A DNA stretch of 64,000 nt from positions 1 to 64,000 of IMG/VR virus record IMGVR_UViG_3300009425_000016. One strand, written 5' to 3'. The notes beneath the pieces were generated by a model. That model made no database searches and was not told where the DNA came from. It saw nothing but the letters and a program-made list of their open reading frames with translations. Below are positions 19,309 to 29,951 of this stretch, piece by piece. Every line of letters starts with the position of its first letter. The first letter of the stretch is position 1. A program made the translations under genes and the position numbers. This DNA is from an uncultured virus (IMG/VR IMGVR_UViG_3300009425_000016) (taxonomy: Duplodnaviria > Heunggongvirae > Uroviricota > Caudoviricetes).

Positions 19309-21767
19309 AATTTTCCTTGTCTTCTTGCTTTTAATGCTTCGCGGATTCCAATTTTAACATACTTTTCATCATCTAAAAAATGCAAACTAGTATCTTTCCA
19401 TTCTGGCATTTTTTCAAATCCATCCCACATTTCCGTTAAAATCCAAGGGAATTCATGTGGACCTAACGCTACATGCATACATTTTGTTTCATATAATTTA
19501 AATTCTTTGCAAAGTTCTTTATGCCAGTTTAAATATTTATTAGGTATAAAATCACATGAAAAATTATTCATTTGATGATTCGCTATATGCGCCATTGATA
19601 ATGTTAAATGATTATAATCATTTGTTACAGCAATTGTACCATCAGTAAAATTACTATATCTAATTCCTATCCTCGAATGACCTAATCCCAAACTTTTACT
19701 TAAACTAAAACACACTTCTTTTATGGCAGGATGATTAACATCTATAGTAATATCATAACATGTACCATACCACGCACAATCAATAAGTACTGGTACATCT
19801 TTTTCTAAACATGAATCGAGAGTTTCTTGTAAAAATGGAACTTGATTCCCATTTCCACAAAATGGCATACTAATTATAACCCAATCATTTTTTTGTATTG
19901 GTTCTTGAATATCGTCGTGGGGATATTCCGTATCTATAAATTCCCATTCATTAAAGATTCTTCTATGATAATGATATTCCCCTCGATAAAATCTCAATCT
20001 TCTATCTTTATATCTAAAATAACTTTCATCAAGTGCTTGAGTAGTACCTATAATTATATGCTTTTGTTTGAATTTGTCTAATCCTTTTATTTTATTTAAT
20101 TTTGTTGATTTAATCCATGAGTCTATATTTTTTAAAAACTCTTCTTTACATTCCCAAAATCCCGAAGCTTCAAATTCCTCTTTCCAAGGTAATTCACCTA
20201 ATGATTTTTGAAAATTTGGATCAAAAATTGCGTGGTGCTTATCTTTGAATAATATACTATTCTCTTTTAAAATTCTTTTTTTCCTCGGATAATTTATATT
20301 TTTTAAATGTGCATAAATTGGTTCAGCTATCTCAGGTAAAGATTCTCGAAAATTCTGTGATCTATACTTATCAAGTGCCTCAGTACGATCAATAAACTCT
20401 CTAATATGATATGATTCATCTTGTGCCCACATATATTTTAAAATAGAATTTAAACAATTCGTTGTTACATCTATTACATAATCATTATCCACAATATTCT
20501 CATAATGTTTCCACACCTTTCTCTGTTCTATTAATTTGGGAAACCTTTCTAAAAAACTTTCATATTTAGATTGAACTAATAGTTTTATTCGTTCTGGCAA
20601 ACATCTAATATTATAATATAATGGATTATGTAAATGGTGCATACTAAAAAACATATGTTTACCATTTATATTAAATCTTTTAAAATTTTGTTCTATTGTC
20701 CATTCTATTAATTCAGGAATATTCAATACATTAAAAACTTGAACTGTTGTAGTAAACCATCCATTTATATTTGGAATTTGATCAATCTTATGAACCGTTT
20801 TTTCAATTTTTTTCCAATTACTCGGAAAGCGTATATATTCATTAACATCTTTAATACCATCAACACTTCCGCCCAATTCAACAAGTCTAAAATGTTTCCA
20901 TAATTCAAATGCCTTATCAGGTATATTAACTAAATTAGTATTATAATCTAATGCAATACGCTTAGATCTACCTGTGTCAATAAATTTTTGTAATAATTCA
21001 TAATTAGCTTTCGCTATAGTAGGTTCTCCACCACTGATATGAATCATTTCAATATTAGGGGCATTTTCAACTATTTGATTAAAAATATCACCACGTTCAT
21101 GCCAACTATAAGGATCAAAACCATCTATACATATTTGACCTTGTTTATCCTTTTTTAAATACAAATACTTATCATCTGCTGCATCATGTCTAAATCTATT
21201 CCATCCAAAAGCATTATACCAATCATCTTTCCAAGGGCTACTTTCTGTCGGTCCGCACATTCTACATTTTAAATTGCACAAATTCCCCAATCTAATATCA
21301 GTATGTAAAATAGGTGAAGAGAAGTCAATAGATCCGTCTGATTTTGTTAAATTTTTAGCGTCATCTATAGTAAAAGACTGTAGGGTTTTGTCTTCAACTA
21401 AAGGCTTTTCCCACGAAGGACATTGTAATTCAATTTGTCCTTCTCGCAATGCCCTCTGCTCATATCTTCTTCTATCCACAACTCTTCTACTTTGTTGTCC
21501 CGCATCTTCTTCCTCATTACATCTTTGACATACTGGATGCCTTTCACCTTTTAACATAGATGATCTAACGTCTTTTAATAATTTACAATTTCTTGCTTCA
21601 TTTATAGAAGCATTATCAGCTGTCATTATTTCATTATTATCTTTTCTGCAAACTCCTCTAGTTTTTCTATGAGTATTTGCTTGAACACACATACGATATT
21701 GTCCATTATTATTAATACTAAAACTAGTCCAAGGGACGGGACAATAACTTATATTATTTGTATTCAT
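19305..21767 (-). CDS. N-terminal twitch radical SAM fused to a PLP-dependent (fold type I) aminotransferase-like domain
   Basis: YCPVPW...CQRC; CNLKCRMC; GGEPT; C-terminal ~320 aa with GTTQALD, VLIDCAWYG, FSLSKSLGLGHSRIG. Confidence 0.85.
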   Translation of the reverse strand: MNTNNISYCPVPWTSFSINNNGQYRMCVQANTHRKTRGVCRKDNNEIMTADNASINEARNCKLLKDVRSSMLKGERHPVCQRCNEEEDAGQQSRRVVDRRRYEQRALREGQIELQCPSWEKPLVEDKTLQSFTIDDAKNLTKSDGSIDFSSPILHTDIRLGNLCNLKCRMCGPTESSPWKDDWYNAFGWNRFRHDAADDKYLYLKKDKQGQICIDGFDPYSWHERGDIFNQIVENAPNIEMIHISGGEPTIAKANYELLQKFIDTGRSKRIALDYNTNLVNIPDKAFELWKHFRLVELGGSVDGIKDVNEYIRFPSNWKKIEKTVHKIDQIPNINGWFTTTVQVFNVLNIPELIEWTIEQNFKRFNINGKHMFFSMHHLHNPLYYNIRCLPERIKLLVQSKYESFLERFPKLIEQRKVWKHYENIVDNDYVIDVTTNCLNSILKYMWAQDESYHIREFIDRTEALDKYRSQNFRESLPEIAEPIYAHLKNINYPRKKRILKENSILFKDKHHAIFDPNFQKSLGELPWKEEFEASGFWECKEEFLKNIDSWIKSTKLNKIKGLDKFKQKHIIIGTTQALDESYFRYKDRRLRFYRGEYHYHRRIFNEWEFIDTEYPHDDIQEPIQKNDWVIISMPFCGNGNQVPFLQETLDSCLEKDVPVLIDCAWYGTCYDITIDVNHPAIKEVCFSLSKSLGLGHSRIGIRYSNFTDGTIAVTNDYNHLTLSMAHIANHQMNNFSCDFIPNKYLNWHKELCKEFKLYETKCMHVALGPHEFPWILTEMWDGFEKMPEWKDTSLHFLDDEKYVKIGIREALKARRQGKL

Positions 21768-24700
21768 TATACAACTCCTTTAATTCAGGAAAAATTATAC
21801 TAAAATTAAGTTGTCTAATATTTTCTAAATTTTGTATGTATTCAAATGTCTGTGGCAATAAATTAGATTGATCCTCAGACCACATAAATTCAATTAATGA
21901 TTTTAATTTTTTAATTCCATTTGGTTTTTCCAATACTCGATCATAATATTCAAAATTTTCTTCCAACCATTTATAAAAATCATTATATTTGTCTGAAATT
22001 TTTTCTTTATATTCTTTTGTTAAACATTTTACACTTAAAAAATTAGGACTATGTAAAAAATGAATTCCTATCATTCCTCCATGTTCAGGCCATTTATTTA
22101 TTTCAGAAATTTCATCTTGTGTCAATTTCCATTTAATAAAATCTGGTATGTGCATTATATTAAAAATACTCGCAGTCGTGTCTATATTAATTTTTATATG
22201 TTCATTATTTTTTGCAAAATTATTATATTTTATAAGATTTTGCATTGTCGTATCCAATTTACTAGGATATCTTAACCATTCATGACGCTTCTCAACACCA
22301 TCCAGACTCACAGCAATTTCTACTAATGATAACCTCTTTAACATCGAAAATAATTTATCATCAATTTCTTCAGCATTTGTATTAAAGCGTAAATTTGTTG
22401 TTTTTGGAGAATTTTTAATAAAATCCTTAAATTCGTTTATAATTGTAGGTTCACCTCCTAATATATACGCATCTGATATTGGTTGTTCTGATAACTCTTT
22501 CCAAGTTTGTTCATTCTTATACCAATTATATCCACCATTTTGATCCTTCCCCTTAGACCAACTTAATTTGTTTTGTAAATCTGAACTTATATTACTATTC
22601 TTCATTTTTGTCCAATCCTTTATCCAAAAACTACTATCATCTGGATTACAAGTTGAACAGGCTAAATTACACTTATTTCCTAGTTTTAAATCAACATAAT
22701 GAATTTTTGCTGGTGCTTCTCCATCATCTTTAGTATGCCACACAATCGAATTATAATCCAATTTTTTCTTCCATTTTTTATTTTCCCAAATACGTTTGCT
22801 ATTATATCCAACTTCTTCTTCTTTGTAACATTTTTGACATTCTCGTGGTTTATTTCCTTTAATCATTTCTGAACGCACATTTTTCATATAATTGGTATTC
22901 CAATAATCTTTCCAATTATCATGTTTTAAATTAACCAATTGACCATCATCTTTTCTATTACAACCTATTTGTGGATGTTCATCATCACTACTACTATTAG
23001 CTGTACAACATAATTGCATATTGCCTGTAGTTCTAGTACTTAAATGCATCCAAGGCAAAATACAAAATCCACTATCCTCTTTTTTCCAAGGCGCGGGTGG
23101 TGCATTATCTAAATAATCAATCATCTCTGATGCTAAATGATTTTTATATTGTTGATTTCTAATATTATCATAAAATCTAGTTGTTTTCTTTAATTGATAA
23201 TGTTTTAAATCTTTTATATTATTGACAATTGTATTTTTAACAAAATTCTGAAAGAATTTTAAACGTGGTTTAATTCCTACAACTTCTTTTGTATTTGCTT
23301 CAAATTTTTCTAAAGCTAATTTTAATAAATCATGATCAATAAATTCAGAATTCAATTCACTACTTTGTGGTATCATTTGGAAATCAACAGCCACATCTAT
23401 CATTGCATCAGGGCCATCATGTTCTGAGAGATTTGTATAATATTTTTTATATAACTCGTCTGCCCATTTATAAATATCATCCAAATTAAATATGTTATAT
23501 GGTTGAGCAACTATAGAAAATCCTACTGAAACCCTGTTTTGTAAATATTCCTTTTCTTTAAAATGACTAAACATTAAATTAACACTCTTATTCAACATAT
23601 CCCAATTAAAAGGATACCGAATATAATCATAAAGCTTATCAGTACCATCTATAGAAATTCTAAAACGACAAAATTTAAAATGTGAAATTTTTTCTAATAA
23701 ATCTGAATTAAATTTTGTACCATTAGTAGTTAAATCTAATACTATATTTTTAGCATAATCATTTTTTATAGCATAATCAACTGCATTTAAAAATTTATGA
23801 TTAACTGTTGGTTCCCCACCAGTAACCTTTAAAACTTCTAATTCTGGTAAAGCGGAAATAACATCTTGTTCTAAAAATGGTTTTTCAGCATGAGATGATA
23901 ATCTATGAGACAATTCTTTTTTATACTTATTATTATTTTCATATTCACCATAATCAAAATGATTTGGTATGCGTTTACCATCATTGACTTGAATGAGTAA
24001 TTCCTTTTGATGTTGATCACTACTACCTGCGCTACACATTCTACATGCTAAGTTACACTTATTATCATACTTTATATCTAAATATTTTAATTTTGGTTTT
24101 TTCAAATTAAATGTATCAATATTATCCGCAAATCTCCCATTCATGGCAATTCGTAAACTTGCGATTCCCATATCTTCTCTTTTCCAACACGTTGAACAAA
24201 TATTTGGTCTTTCATTATTTAAAAATTGTTTTCTTATTTTATTCATTTCTGGACTATAAAATGCATCTTTAATTGTAGCAACATTTGCATGTAATGCATC
24301 TTGGGATGTAACATCTTTTGAATCACTACCCACTCGTAAATTTTTATTACTGTCACAACATACTCGATACCAACCAGCCACACTTGATGTCATATGTATC
24401 CACGGCAATATACAAAAATTTTTTGTAGGAATATTTATGTTTTCCTGTAAAAACTTTTTTGTATATATTTCACCTTGTAAAACTTTTCGACCAAAACTAT
24501 TATATATTCGTTCTGAATCATCATCATCTAATTTAATATCAGGTAAAAATCCGTACACATATACTTGATCATTTAACTTAGAAATAAGTTTTTTTAATTG
24601 CTTAAAAATATTTGAATAATTTTTATGTTCCCATAATGCATATTCATTAGCATAAACATTACTAACCCATATAAATGTATTTCCTTTGAGATTATTAATT

Positions 24701-25992
24701 TCATTAACCTGCCAACCCTCATAATTATTTAAAATGTCCCATCTCCAATATTGATGTCGCTGTCTATTTTTTACAAATGTTTCCCAATGTTGTACAAAAT
24801 TATCTAATCCTCCCCATCTAGTACATTCTTCTGTCCATAATTCATCAAATTCTTCAATATCATCACAAAATTCTATTAAACTATCCTCATTATTTTTCAA
24901 ATCTCTAAATTTTATATTAACCAATTCATTAAATATATCTTTAAATGTTTGTTCTTTTGGATTCCAATATTCTGATAATATTTTCTTAAAAGATAAAGAA
25001 GGTCCACTTATATCATAAAATATAACATTTTCTTTTCCTGAATAATTAAAAGTTTTTAAAATATGATTTCCAATAAATCCAGAAGATAAAATTACATAAT
25101 TATCAAATTGTTTTGGTGCGTTTATTTCTTCTAATAATTCATAAAAATTATTTTCAGGTATTTCTGTTGGATATGGTTCTGAATTAAATGCATATAATTT
25201 ACTAGAATATCCTCTAGTTGTAAGTGAAGTTTGATATCTAACCTTAGTTTCCAGTTCATTAAGTAATTCTTTATCTTTTTGTACTTCATCTAAATAAAAA
25301 AATTCTTTACTTTCTCTTATTTTATAATTAAATCCTTCAACATTATATCCATATTTAAAAACTGTATTTAAAAAGTTCCACCCCCATCCCATACGTGATC
25401 CCTTTTCAATTTTTTTCATTTTTAATTTATAATCTCTCGGCTTTAACCATAGAGGTGTATAATCATCATGAAAATCTTCAACACATCTTTCAGGTTCATA
25501 TAATTCTTCTATTGTCAAAATACTAGAAGTGTGCAGGTCAGGGCAATGAATATCTTTATAAATTTCCAAATTTAAAAACATCATTTGAGGATGTATACTA
25601 TACCAATTTCTATTCAAATGAATTCTACTTTTAGCATCATTGTCAACAATATGACAAAGCATAGCTGTATTTGGAGAAGCTTCTGCTTGTTCAATCAAAT
25701 AAAAACACGTATCATGACTAAGACGATGTCCCGGTTTTTGAATTAATGCATATTTCCTCTCACTAGATAATGCATCTTTGATACATTCTTGTAAATCATT
25801 ATTTTCACTGTAATATATGTTTGCATGAATGTTGGCCAATTGTCCTTGAAGTTTCGATTTTGTAAACTGATCTGCAAGATCAAGTAAATATGGATCATCA
25901 ATCTCATCTTCCCAATCAGAAAAAGTTCTCCAATAGCAAAAATAAATTTCTTTTTCAGCTATCTCATTTAATACTTTATTAGAATTTAACAT
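21754..25992 (-). CDS. Three-module protein: unknown N-terminal domain plus two tandem twitch-radical SAM domains
   Basis: FCILPWIH..CC..CSTC / CNLACRMC / GGEPT and FCILPWMH..CC..CQKC / CNLACSTC / GGEPT. Confidence 0.9.
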   Translation of the reverse strand: MLNSNKVLNEIAEKEIYFCYWRTFSDWEDEIDDPYLLDLADQFTKSKLQGQLANIHANIYYSENNDLQECIKDALSSERKYALIQKPGHRLSHDTCFYLIEQAEASPNTAMLCHIVDNDAKSRIHLNRNWYSIHPQMMFLNLEIYKDIHCPDLHTSSILTIEELYEPERCVEDFHDDYTPLWLKPRDYKLKMKKIEKGSRMGWGWNFLNTVFKYGYNVEGFNYKIRESKEFFYLDEVQKDKELLNELETKVRYQTSLTTRGYSSKLYAFNSEPYPTEIPENNFYELLEEINAPKQFDNYVILSSGFIGNHILKTFNYSGKENVIFYDISGPSLSFKKILSEYWNPKEQTFKDIFNELVNIKFRDLKNNEDSLIEFCDDIEEFDELWTEECTRWGGLDNFVQHWETFVKNRQRHQYWRWDILNNYEGWQVNEINNLKGNTFIWVSNVYANEYALWEHKNYSNIFKQLKKLISKLNDQVYVYGFLPDIKLDDDDSERIYNSFGRKVLQGEIYTKKFLQENINIPTKNFCILPWIHMTSSVAGWYRVCCDSNKNLRVGSDSKDVTSQDALHANVATIKDAFYSPEMNKIRKQFLNNERPNICSTCWKREDMGIASLRIAMNGRFADNIDTFNLKKPKLKYLDIKYDNKCNLACRMCSAGSSDQHQKELLIQVNDGKRIPNHFDYGEYENNNKYKKELSHRLSSHAEKPFLEQDVISALPELEVLKVTGGEPTVNHKFLNAVDYAIKNDYAKNIVLDLTTNGTKFNSDLLEKISHFKFCRFRISIDGTDKLYDYIRYPFNWDMLNKSVNLMFSHFKEKEYLQNRVSVGFSIVAQPYNIFNLDDIYKWADELYKKYYTNLSEHDGPDAMIDVAVDFQMIPQSSELNSEFIDHDLLKLALEKFEANTKEVVGIKPRLKFFQNFVKNTIVNNIKDLKHYQLKKTTRFYDNIRNQQYKNHLASEMIDYLDNAPPAPWKKEDSGFCILPWMHLSTRTTGNMQLCCTANSSSDDEHPQIGCNRKDDGQLVNLKHDNWKDYWNTNYMKNVRSEMIKGNKPRECQKCYKEEEVGYNSKRIWENKKWKKKLDYNSIVWHTKDDGEAPAKIHYVDLKLGNKCNLACSTCNPDDSSFWIKDWTKMKNSNISSDLQNKLSWSKGKDQNGGYNWYKNEQTWKELSEQPISDAYILGGEPTIINEFKDFIKNSPKTTNLRFNTNAEEIDDKLFSMLKRLSLVEIAVSLDGVEKRHEWLRYPSKLDTTMQNLIKYNNFAKNNEHIKINIDTTASIFNIMHIPDFIKWKLTQDEISEINKWPEHGGMIGIHFLHSPNFLSVKCLTKEYKEKISDKYNDFYKWLEENFEYYDRVLEKPNGIKKLKSLIEFMWSEDQSNLLPQTFEYIQNLENIRQLNFSIIFPELKELYNEYK

Positions 25993-26632
25993 TATTATAT
26001 CCGTTTATGAAATTTTTCCAACTTCTTCTGACAATAGGATTCCAAAATTCTGAATCCATATTACATCCATTAGTAAGAATATGATAACGTGGCTTATCAC
26101 TATTATTAATACACTCATGGTTCCATACATTAGAAAAAAGCCACGTAGATCCATTATCAATTGGGATATTGCCCCATCCTGATACATGAAAATCACAACC
26201 TTTTGGATGTTGAATAGAGAAATGTAGGATACTTGGGCCCATTATATCAAGGGTAAGTGGTTGGTCTTCAATATCTTTATCATTATGTAAAAAAATTGAA
26301 CCTCCCGGATCAATTTTCATAAATCTTGTTCTTTCATGAGATAATATTCCCGCATGATTTTGCAAAAAGTCTTTTGTTTTTGGACATTTATCCGCAATAC
26401 TTGTCCAATCATATCTAACATGTTCTAATTCTTCATGATAAACACTGCCGAATTCACCACCAACTCCATGTAATGCTAAACTAGACCAATTCTTTCCACT
26501 ACTTTCTCTATATGGTATCCATTCATCTAATTGTTCAACTTCATGTAAAATGTCTTCCCAACGAAATTGAAAGTCAAGCATTAACCACGGCAATGCACAA
26601 TTATTTATTGCGTAACTATAATCTTTATTCAT
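25979..26632 (-). CDS. 2OG-Fe(II) oxygenase, aspartyl/asparaginyl beta-hydroxylase-like
   Basis: W.SLALHG, RTRFMKIDPGGSIFLHND (HxD), NHECINNSDKPRYH. Confidence 0.8.
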   Translation of the reverse strand: MNKDYSYAINNCALPWLMLDFQFRWEDILHEVEQLDEWIPYRESSGKNWSSLALHGVGGEFGSVYHEELEHVRYDWTSIADKCPKTKDFLQNHAGILSHERTRFMKIDPGGSIFLHNDKDIEDQPLTLDIMGPSILHFSIQHPKGCDFHVSGWGNIPIDNGSTWLFSNVWNHECINNSDKPRYHILTNGCNMDSEFWNPIVRRSWKNFINGYNNVKF

Positions 26633-26933
26633 TTTTTTTATCTATAAAAGTGTCTCTATTTTTTAATTCACATGTCTGTTTACATTTTTTAACAGGTTCA
26701 TCTGAACTCCATGAATTTATAATACCATTAAATAATGGTCCGTCTAATATTTCTTGTATTGTTTGATTATGTAAACTATTATCATATTGTTGATTTAATT
26801 CACCAAATAACGTTTTTGGGGAATGCCCCGCCGCCATATTTAAAGATTCAGCATTTACATAACAACACGGTATTAATTCACCTACATGATTTATAAATAT
26901 CCTTTTTTGATTTCCATATTTACATTCTATCAT
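26625..26933 (-). CDS. Stand-alone SPASM/twitch iron-sulfur domain protein
   Basis: IECK..KRIFINHVGELIPCCY...SL...I.EILDG..F..I..SW...CKQTC; aligns with the C-terminus of 28890-29951. Confidence 0.8.
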   Translation of the reverse strand: MIECKYGNQKRIFINHVGELIPCCYVNAESLNMAAGHSPKTLFGELNQQYDNSLHNQTIQEILDGPLFNGIINSWSSDEPVKKCKQTCELKNRDTFIDKKNE

Positions 26934-28303
26934 ATTACTTTCTTTATACTATCCAAAAAATAATCCGCTAGCCATTGATTTGACTTTTTTCCAGGATGAC
27001 TTAAATCTCTTGCATAATCATCATAAGCAGAAGGAAGTTTATTTTTTTCAATGTATTCAATTACTTGTTCTCTCGTAGCCTGTTTTCCATCTTCAACAAA
27101 ATTCTCTATCATTTCTGCCATCTCACTAATTGATGTAACATTTATCTGTGCATCTACTTTATTAAAAGGTATCTCATAATCATCAGCCAAAAAATAATGA
27201 AAGGAAGCCTTATTTTCATAACAAACACCTTTAACAGCATTAATATTTCTTGATGCATTTAATTTATTCATATATATATTTCTGGACATATGATTAACCA
27301 ATTGTTTTACATATTGATCAAAATATATATCCCCCTCTTCACCCTGATGAGATCCGAACGGATTTGTACAAATATCAAATTCAAATAAGTCAGTATATTC
27401 AGTTTTATGTTGAATAAAAGAAACATCTTCCCACCAGTAAGGCTCTTTCTGGAGCTCCAATGTCCAATTAGATTCAAAACCCTTTAATATAAGATATTTA
27501 AGTAAATTTTCATTAAAATGAAAAGTACGAGTAATATTAGGACCTAAAAATACTACATGTTTCGGTTTTAAAAGAGGTATTAAATATTGACTAAAAAGAT
27601 ATGCTTGATCATGACTACCTCCTGATAGACCTACATTATAGTTTTTTAATCCCAAAGTTTTACTAAGTATATTAGAAAAACGATCTTTTTCTGCTAAACC
27701 TATACCATAAACATAACTACATCCTAATATTAAAATACTATCACCTTTATTGTCAAAATCAAATTCATCAGACCTAAATCCCCAACTATTATGTCTATAC
27801 CAAGGCACTTCTTCACATTCAGTCTGTAAATAATTTATTTGTTTTTTTGATAATGTATATGGCCAATCCTGGCCATCATGAATCATTTTAATTTTCTCAA
27901 ATTGTTCTGTATATCCACACATATCCAGTACATATTTGCCGTAACTGGAATTTTGAAATTTATCATATCGCTCTTTATTATCTTGCCCCATATAAAGATA
28001 ATCACCATTACGTCTATGCCAAGATGTATGCAAAAATGGTATAATTTGTTTTTCTGTAAAATCATGATTTTGTAAATATCCTATAAAATGAGTCAATTCT
28101 GTATCATGAACATTAAAATTTGTTAAATCAAATTCTCCATTATCAATTCTTTGACTAATTTTAGAAATCTTTTCTTCTGAACCATCTTTAATAGGGCATT
28201 TAGGTAAAATATCATCTTCCCATTCTAAACAAAATCCTTTAGTTTTGAAATCTTTTTCTAATTTAAACTTAGCGTTATGGGCATTTAGATGTTCTTCACT
28301 CAT
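26930..28303 (-). CDS. SGNH/GDSL hydrolase- or acyltransferase-like protein with N-terminal extension
   Basis: NSWGFRSDEF, LILGCSYVYG (block I), NVGLSGGS (block II), ARDLSHPG (DxxH, block V). Confidence 0.75.
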   Translation of the reverse strand: MSEEHLNAHNAKFKLEKDFKTKGFCLEWEDDILPKCPIKDGSEEKISKISQRIDNGEFDLTNFNVHDTELTHFIGYLQNHDFTEKQIIPFLHTSWHRRNGDYLYMGQDNKERYDKFQNSSYGKYVLDMCGYTEQFEKIKMIHDGQDWPYTLSKKQINYLQTECEEVPWYRHNSWGFRSDEFDFDNKGDSILILGCSYVYGIGLAEKDRFSNILSKTLGLKNYNVGLSGGSHDQAYLFSQYLIPLLKPKHVVFLGPNITRTFHFNENLLKYLILKGFESNWTLELQKEPYWWEDVSFIQHKTEYTDLFEFDICTNPFGSHQGEEGDIYFDQYVKQLVNHMSRNIYMNKLNASRNINAVKGVCYENKASFHYFLADDYEIPFNKVDAQINVTSISEMAEMIENFVEDGKQATREQVIEYIEKNKLPSAYDDYARDLSHPGKKSNQWLADYFLDSIKKVI

Positions 28304-28890
28304 TTCACTTCTCCACTACCTGTTCTATGTGAATATATTTTTCTAAATCTTTTAAATCCTTCAACTTTAGACATATTCTCTGCCTTCTTTATTAAATGTT
28401 CATTATGATCAAATACAATAAATTGCCATGTTGCATTGCCGCCCGCACCTATAAATGCTCTATAATTTTCCTGCACCTTTTTAAAATTAGATCCAATTCT
28501 ATATTTTTCCAATGATTTTTGATCTGTTCCATCAAGACCAAAAAATACAGATAACTTTCTTCTACCCAGATCTTCCCAGAATTTAATAGTTCGAGTAGAT
28601 CCATTAGTAGCAACATTAACATCTGAAAAATCTAAAAAATAATCTACTATGTCTATAAATTCCGGATGAGTAGTGGGTTCATCGACTGATCCACAAAAAT
28701 TTATAATTTTCAAATTGGGTAAATATCCTTTCGGAATCCATTTTTTTAAATCTTCAAATTTAATATAAGACTTATTAAGTAATGGTCCAACTTTATCATG
28801 CATTTCTTGACGAAGACATCCTGGACATTTAATATTACAAAAACTAGTAAGTTCTATATCAATCCATTCTATGGTATTTTTATTCCACAT
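28300..28890 (-). CDS. Radical SAM core lacking its C-terminal auxiliary-cluster domain
   Basis: IELTSFCNIKCPGC, CGSVDEP, ATNGS, FGLDG, WQFIVFDHNEH; paralog of the N-terminal part of 28890-29951. Confidence 0.88.
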   Translation of the reverse strand: MWNKNTIEWIDIELTSFCNIKCPGCLRQEMHDKVGPLLNKSYIKFEDLKKWIPKGYLPNLKIINFCGSVDEPTTHPEFIDIVDYFLDFSDVNVATNGSTRTIKFWEDLGRRKLSVFFGLDGTDQKSLEKYRIGSNFKKVQENYRAFIGAGGNATWQFIVFDHNEHLIKKAENMSKVEGFKRFRKIYSHRTGSGEVK

Positions 28891-29951
28891 TATAAAAATT
28901 GTTCATTATATGCATCAAATCCTATTCCACATTTGTTAGCGCAAACTTTAAGTTTTCCATCTTTAACACTGGAACATGACCAAGAGTCTTCTATGGCTTT
29001 GAAAAACGGGCCGTTAACTATTTCTTTTATAGTATGTTTTCTGAGACTGATATTTTCATAATCTCCTATTAATTTCCAAATAGGTGCTTCGCGGGGTTTC
29101 CAATACCATTTATATTGTTGTCCCGCTGTCCAACAACAAGGAAACACATGTCCTTCTGCCGTAACAAATATTTCCTTCTTATCTATTGCTTTACAATTAA
29201 TAGGTGTTGTATCATAATATGCATCCATGCTACCATGTTCAGTAACTAAATCTTTTTCTTTTTTTAGTGCAACATTAACAAACTCTAAACTGGGTTTTTC
29301 TAACTTCTGAGTATTTTCGCCTTTTCGATTTGTTGCTTGATGGACGTCTTTACCTTTATGTTGAACAGTCGAAAAGAAACGTCCTGTTTTTTTGACTTGA
29401 AATTTTTCAAAGCCCATATCCATCGCCAATTGTCTTGCCTCATCTACCTGATGTTCATTATGTTTAAACACTATAAAATCCCATTTAGCATGACCACCTC
29501 GATCAATAAACGCCTTGGCATTCTCCATTACTCTTTCCCATTTAACTTTTTGCCTATATAAATGATTAGTATCCTCTAAACCATCTATACTAAATGTTAC
29601 AACTACATCTATATCTGCTAAATCTTCCCAAAAATATTCTGGTTTAGCGCCTCCATTGGTATTCATACCTAACCACATATTGGGATTAGCATTTCTAAAA
29701 GATCTAAATCCCTCGATTGCATAATTGCTTATGCATGGATCACCCAAATTACCACACATATACATGGAGTCCAACTGTTCTACAAAATGCCAAGGAAACA
29801 TTTCATAATAATCCATAGAACTTAACATTGCATTTGTGAGATAGGGATTATCTTTACCACCATTTATATTACGGTCACATTGAGGGCAAGCGGCATTACA
29901 TCCCTGAGTAGGTTCAATATGCACACTTTTTATTTCATCATATCTATACAT
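28890..29951 (-). CDS. Radical SAM enzyme with C-terminal SPASM/twitch domain
   Basis: CNAACPQC, CGNLGDP, TNG, FSIDG, WDFIVFKHNEHQ; C-terminal NCK...FPCCW...CANKC. Confidence 0.92.
   Translation of the reverse strand: MYRYDEIKSVHIEPTQGCNAACPQCDRNINGGKDNPYLTNAMLSSMDYYEMFPWHFVEQLDSMYMCGNLGDPCISNYAIEGFRSFRNANPNMWLGMNTNGGAKPEYFWEDLADIDVVVTFSIDGLEDTNHLYRQKVKWERVMENAKAFIDRGGHAKWDFIVFKHNEHQVDEARQLAMDMGFEKFQVKKTGRFFSTVQHKGKDVHQATNRKGENTQKLEKPSLEFVNVALKKEKDLVTEHGSMDAYYDTTPINCKAIDKKEIFVTAEGHVFPCCWTAGQQYKWYWKPREAPIWKLIGDYENISLRKHTIKEIVNGPFFKAIEDSWSCSSVKDGKLKVCANKCGIGFDAYNEQFL

Noticed and set aside
26930..28303. SGNH gene as an intron- or intein-borne homing endonuclease interrupting the rSAM
   Set aside because: No LAGLIDADG, GIY-YIG or HNH motifs, no intein termini and no non-coding flanks for an intron core; each ORF has its own start and stop
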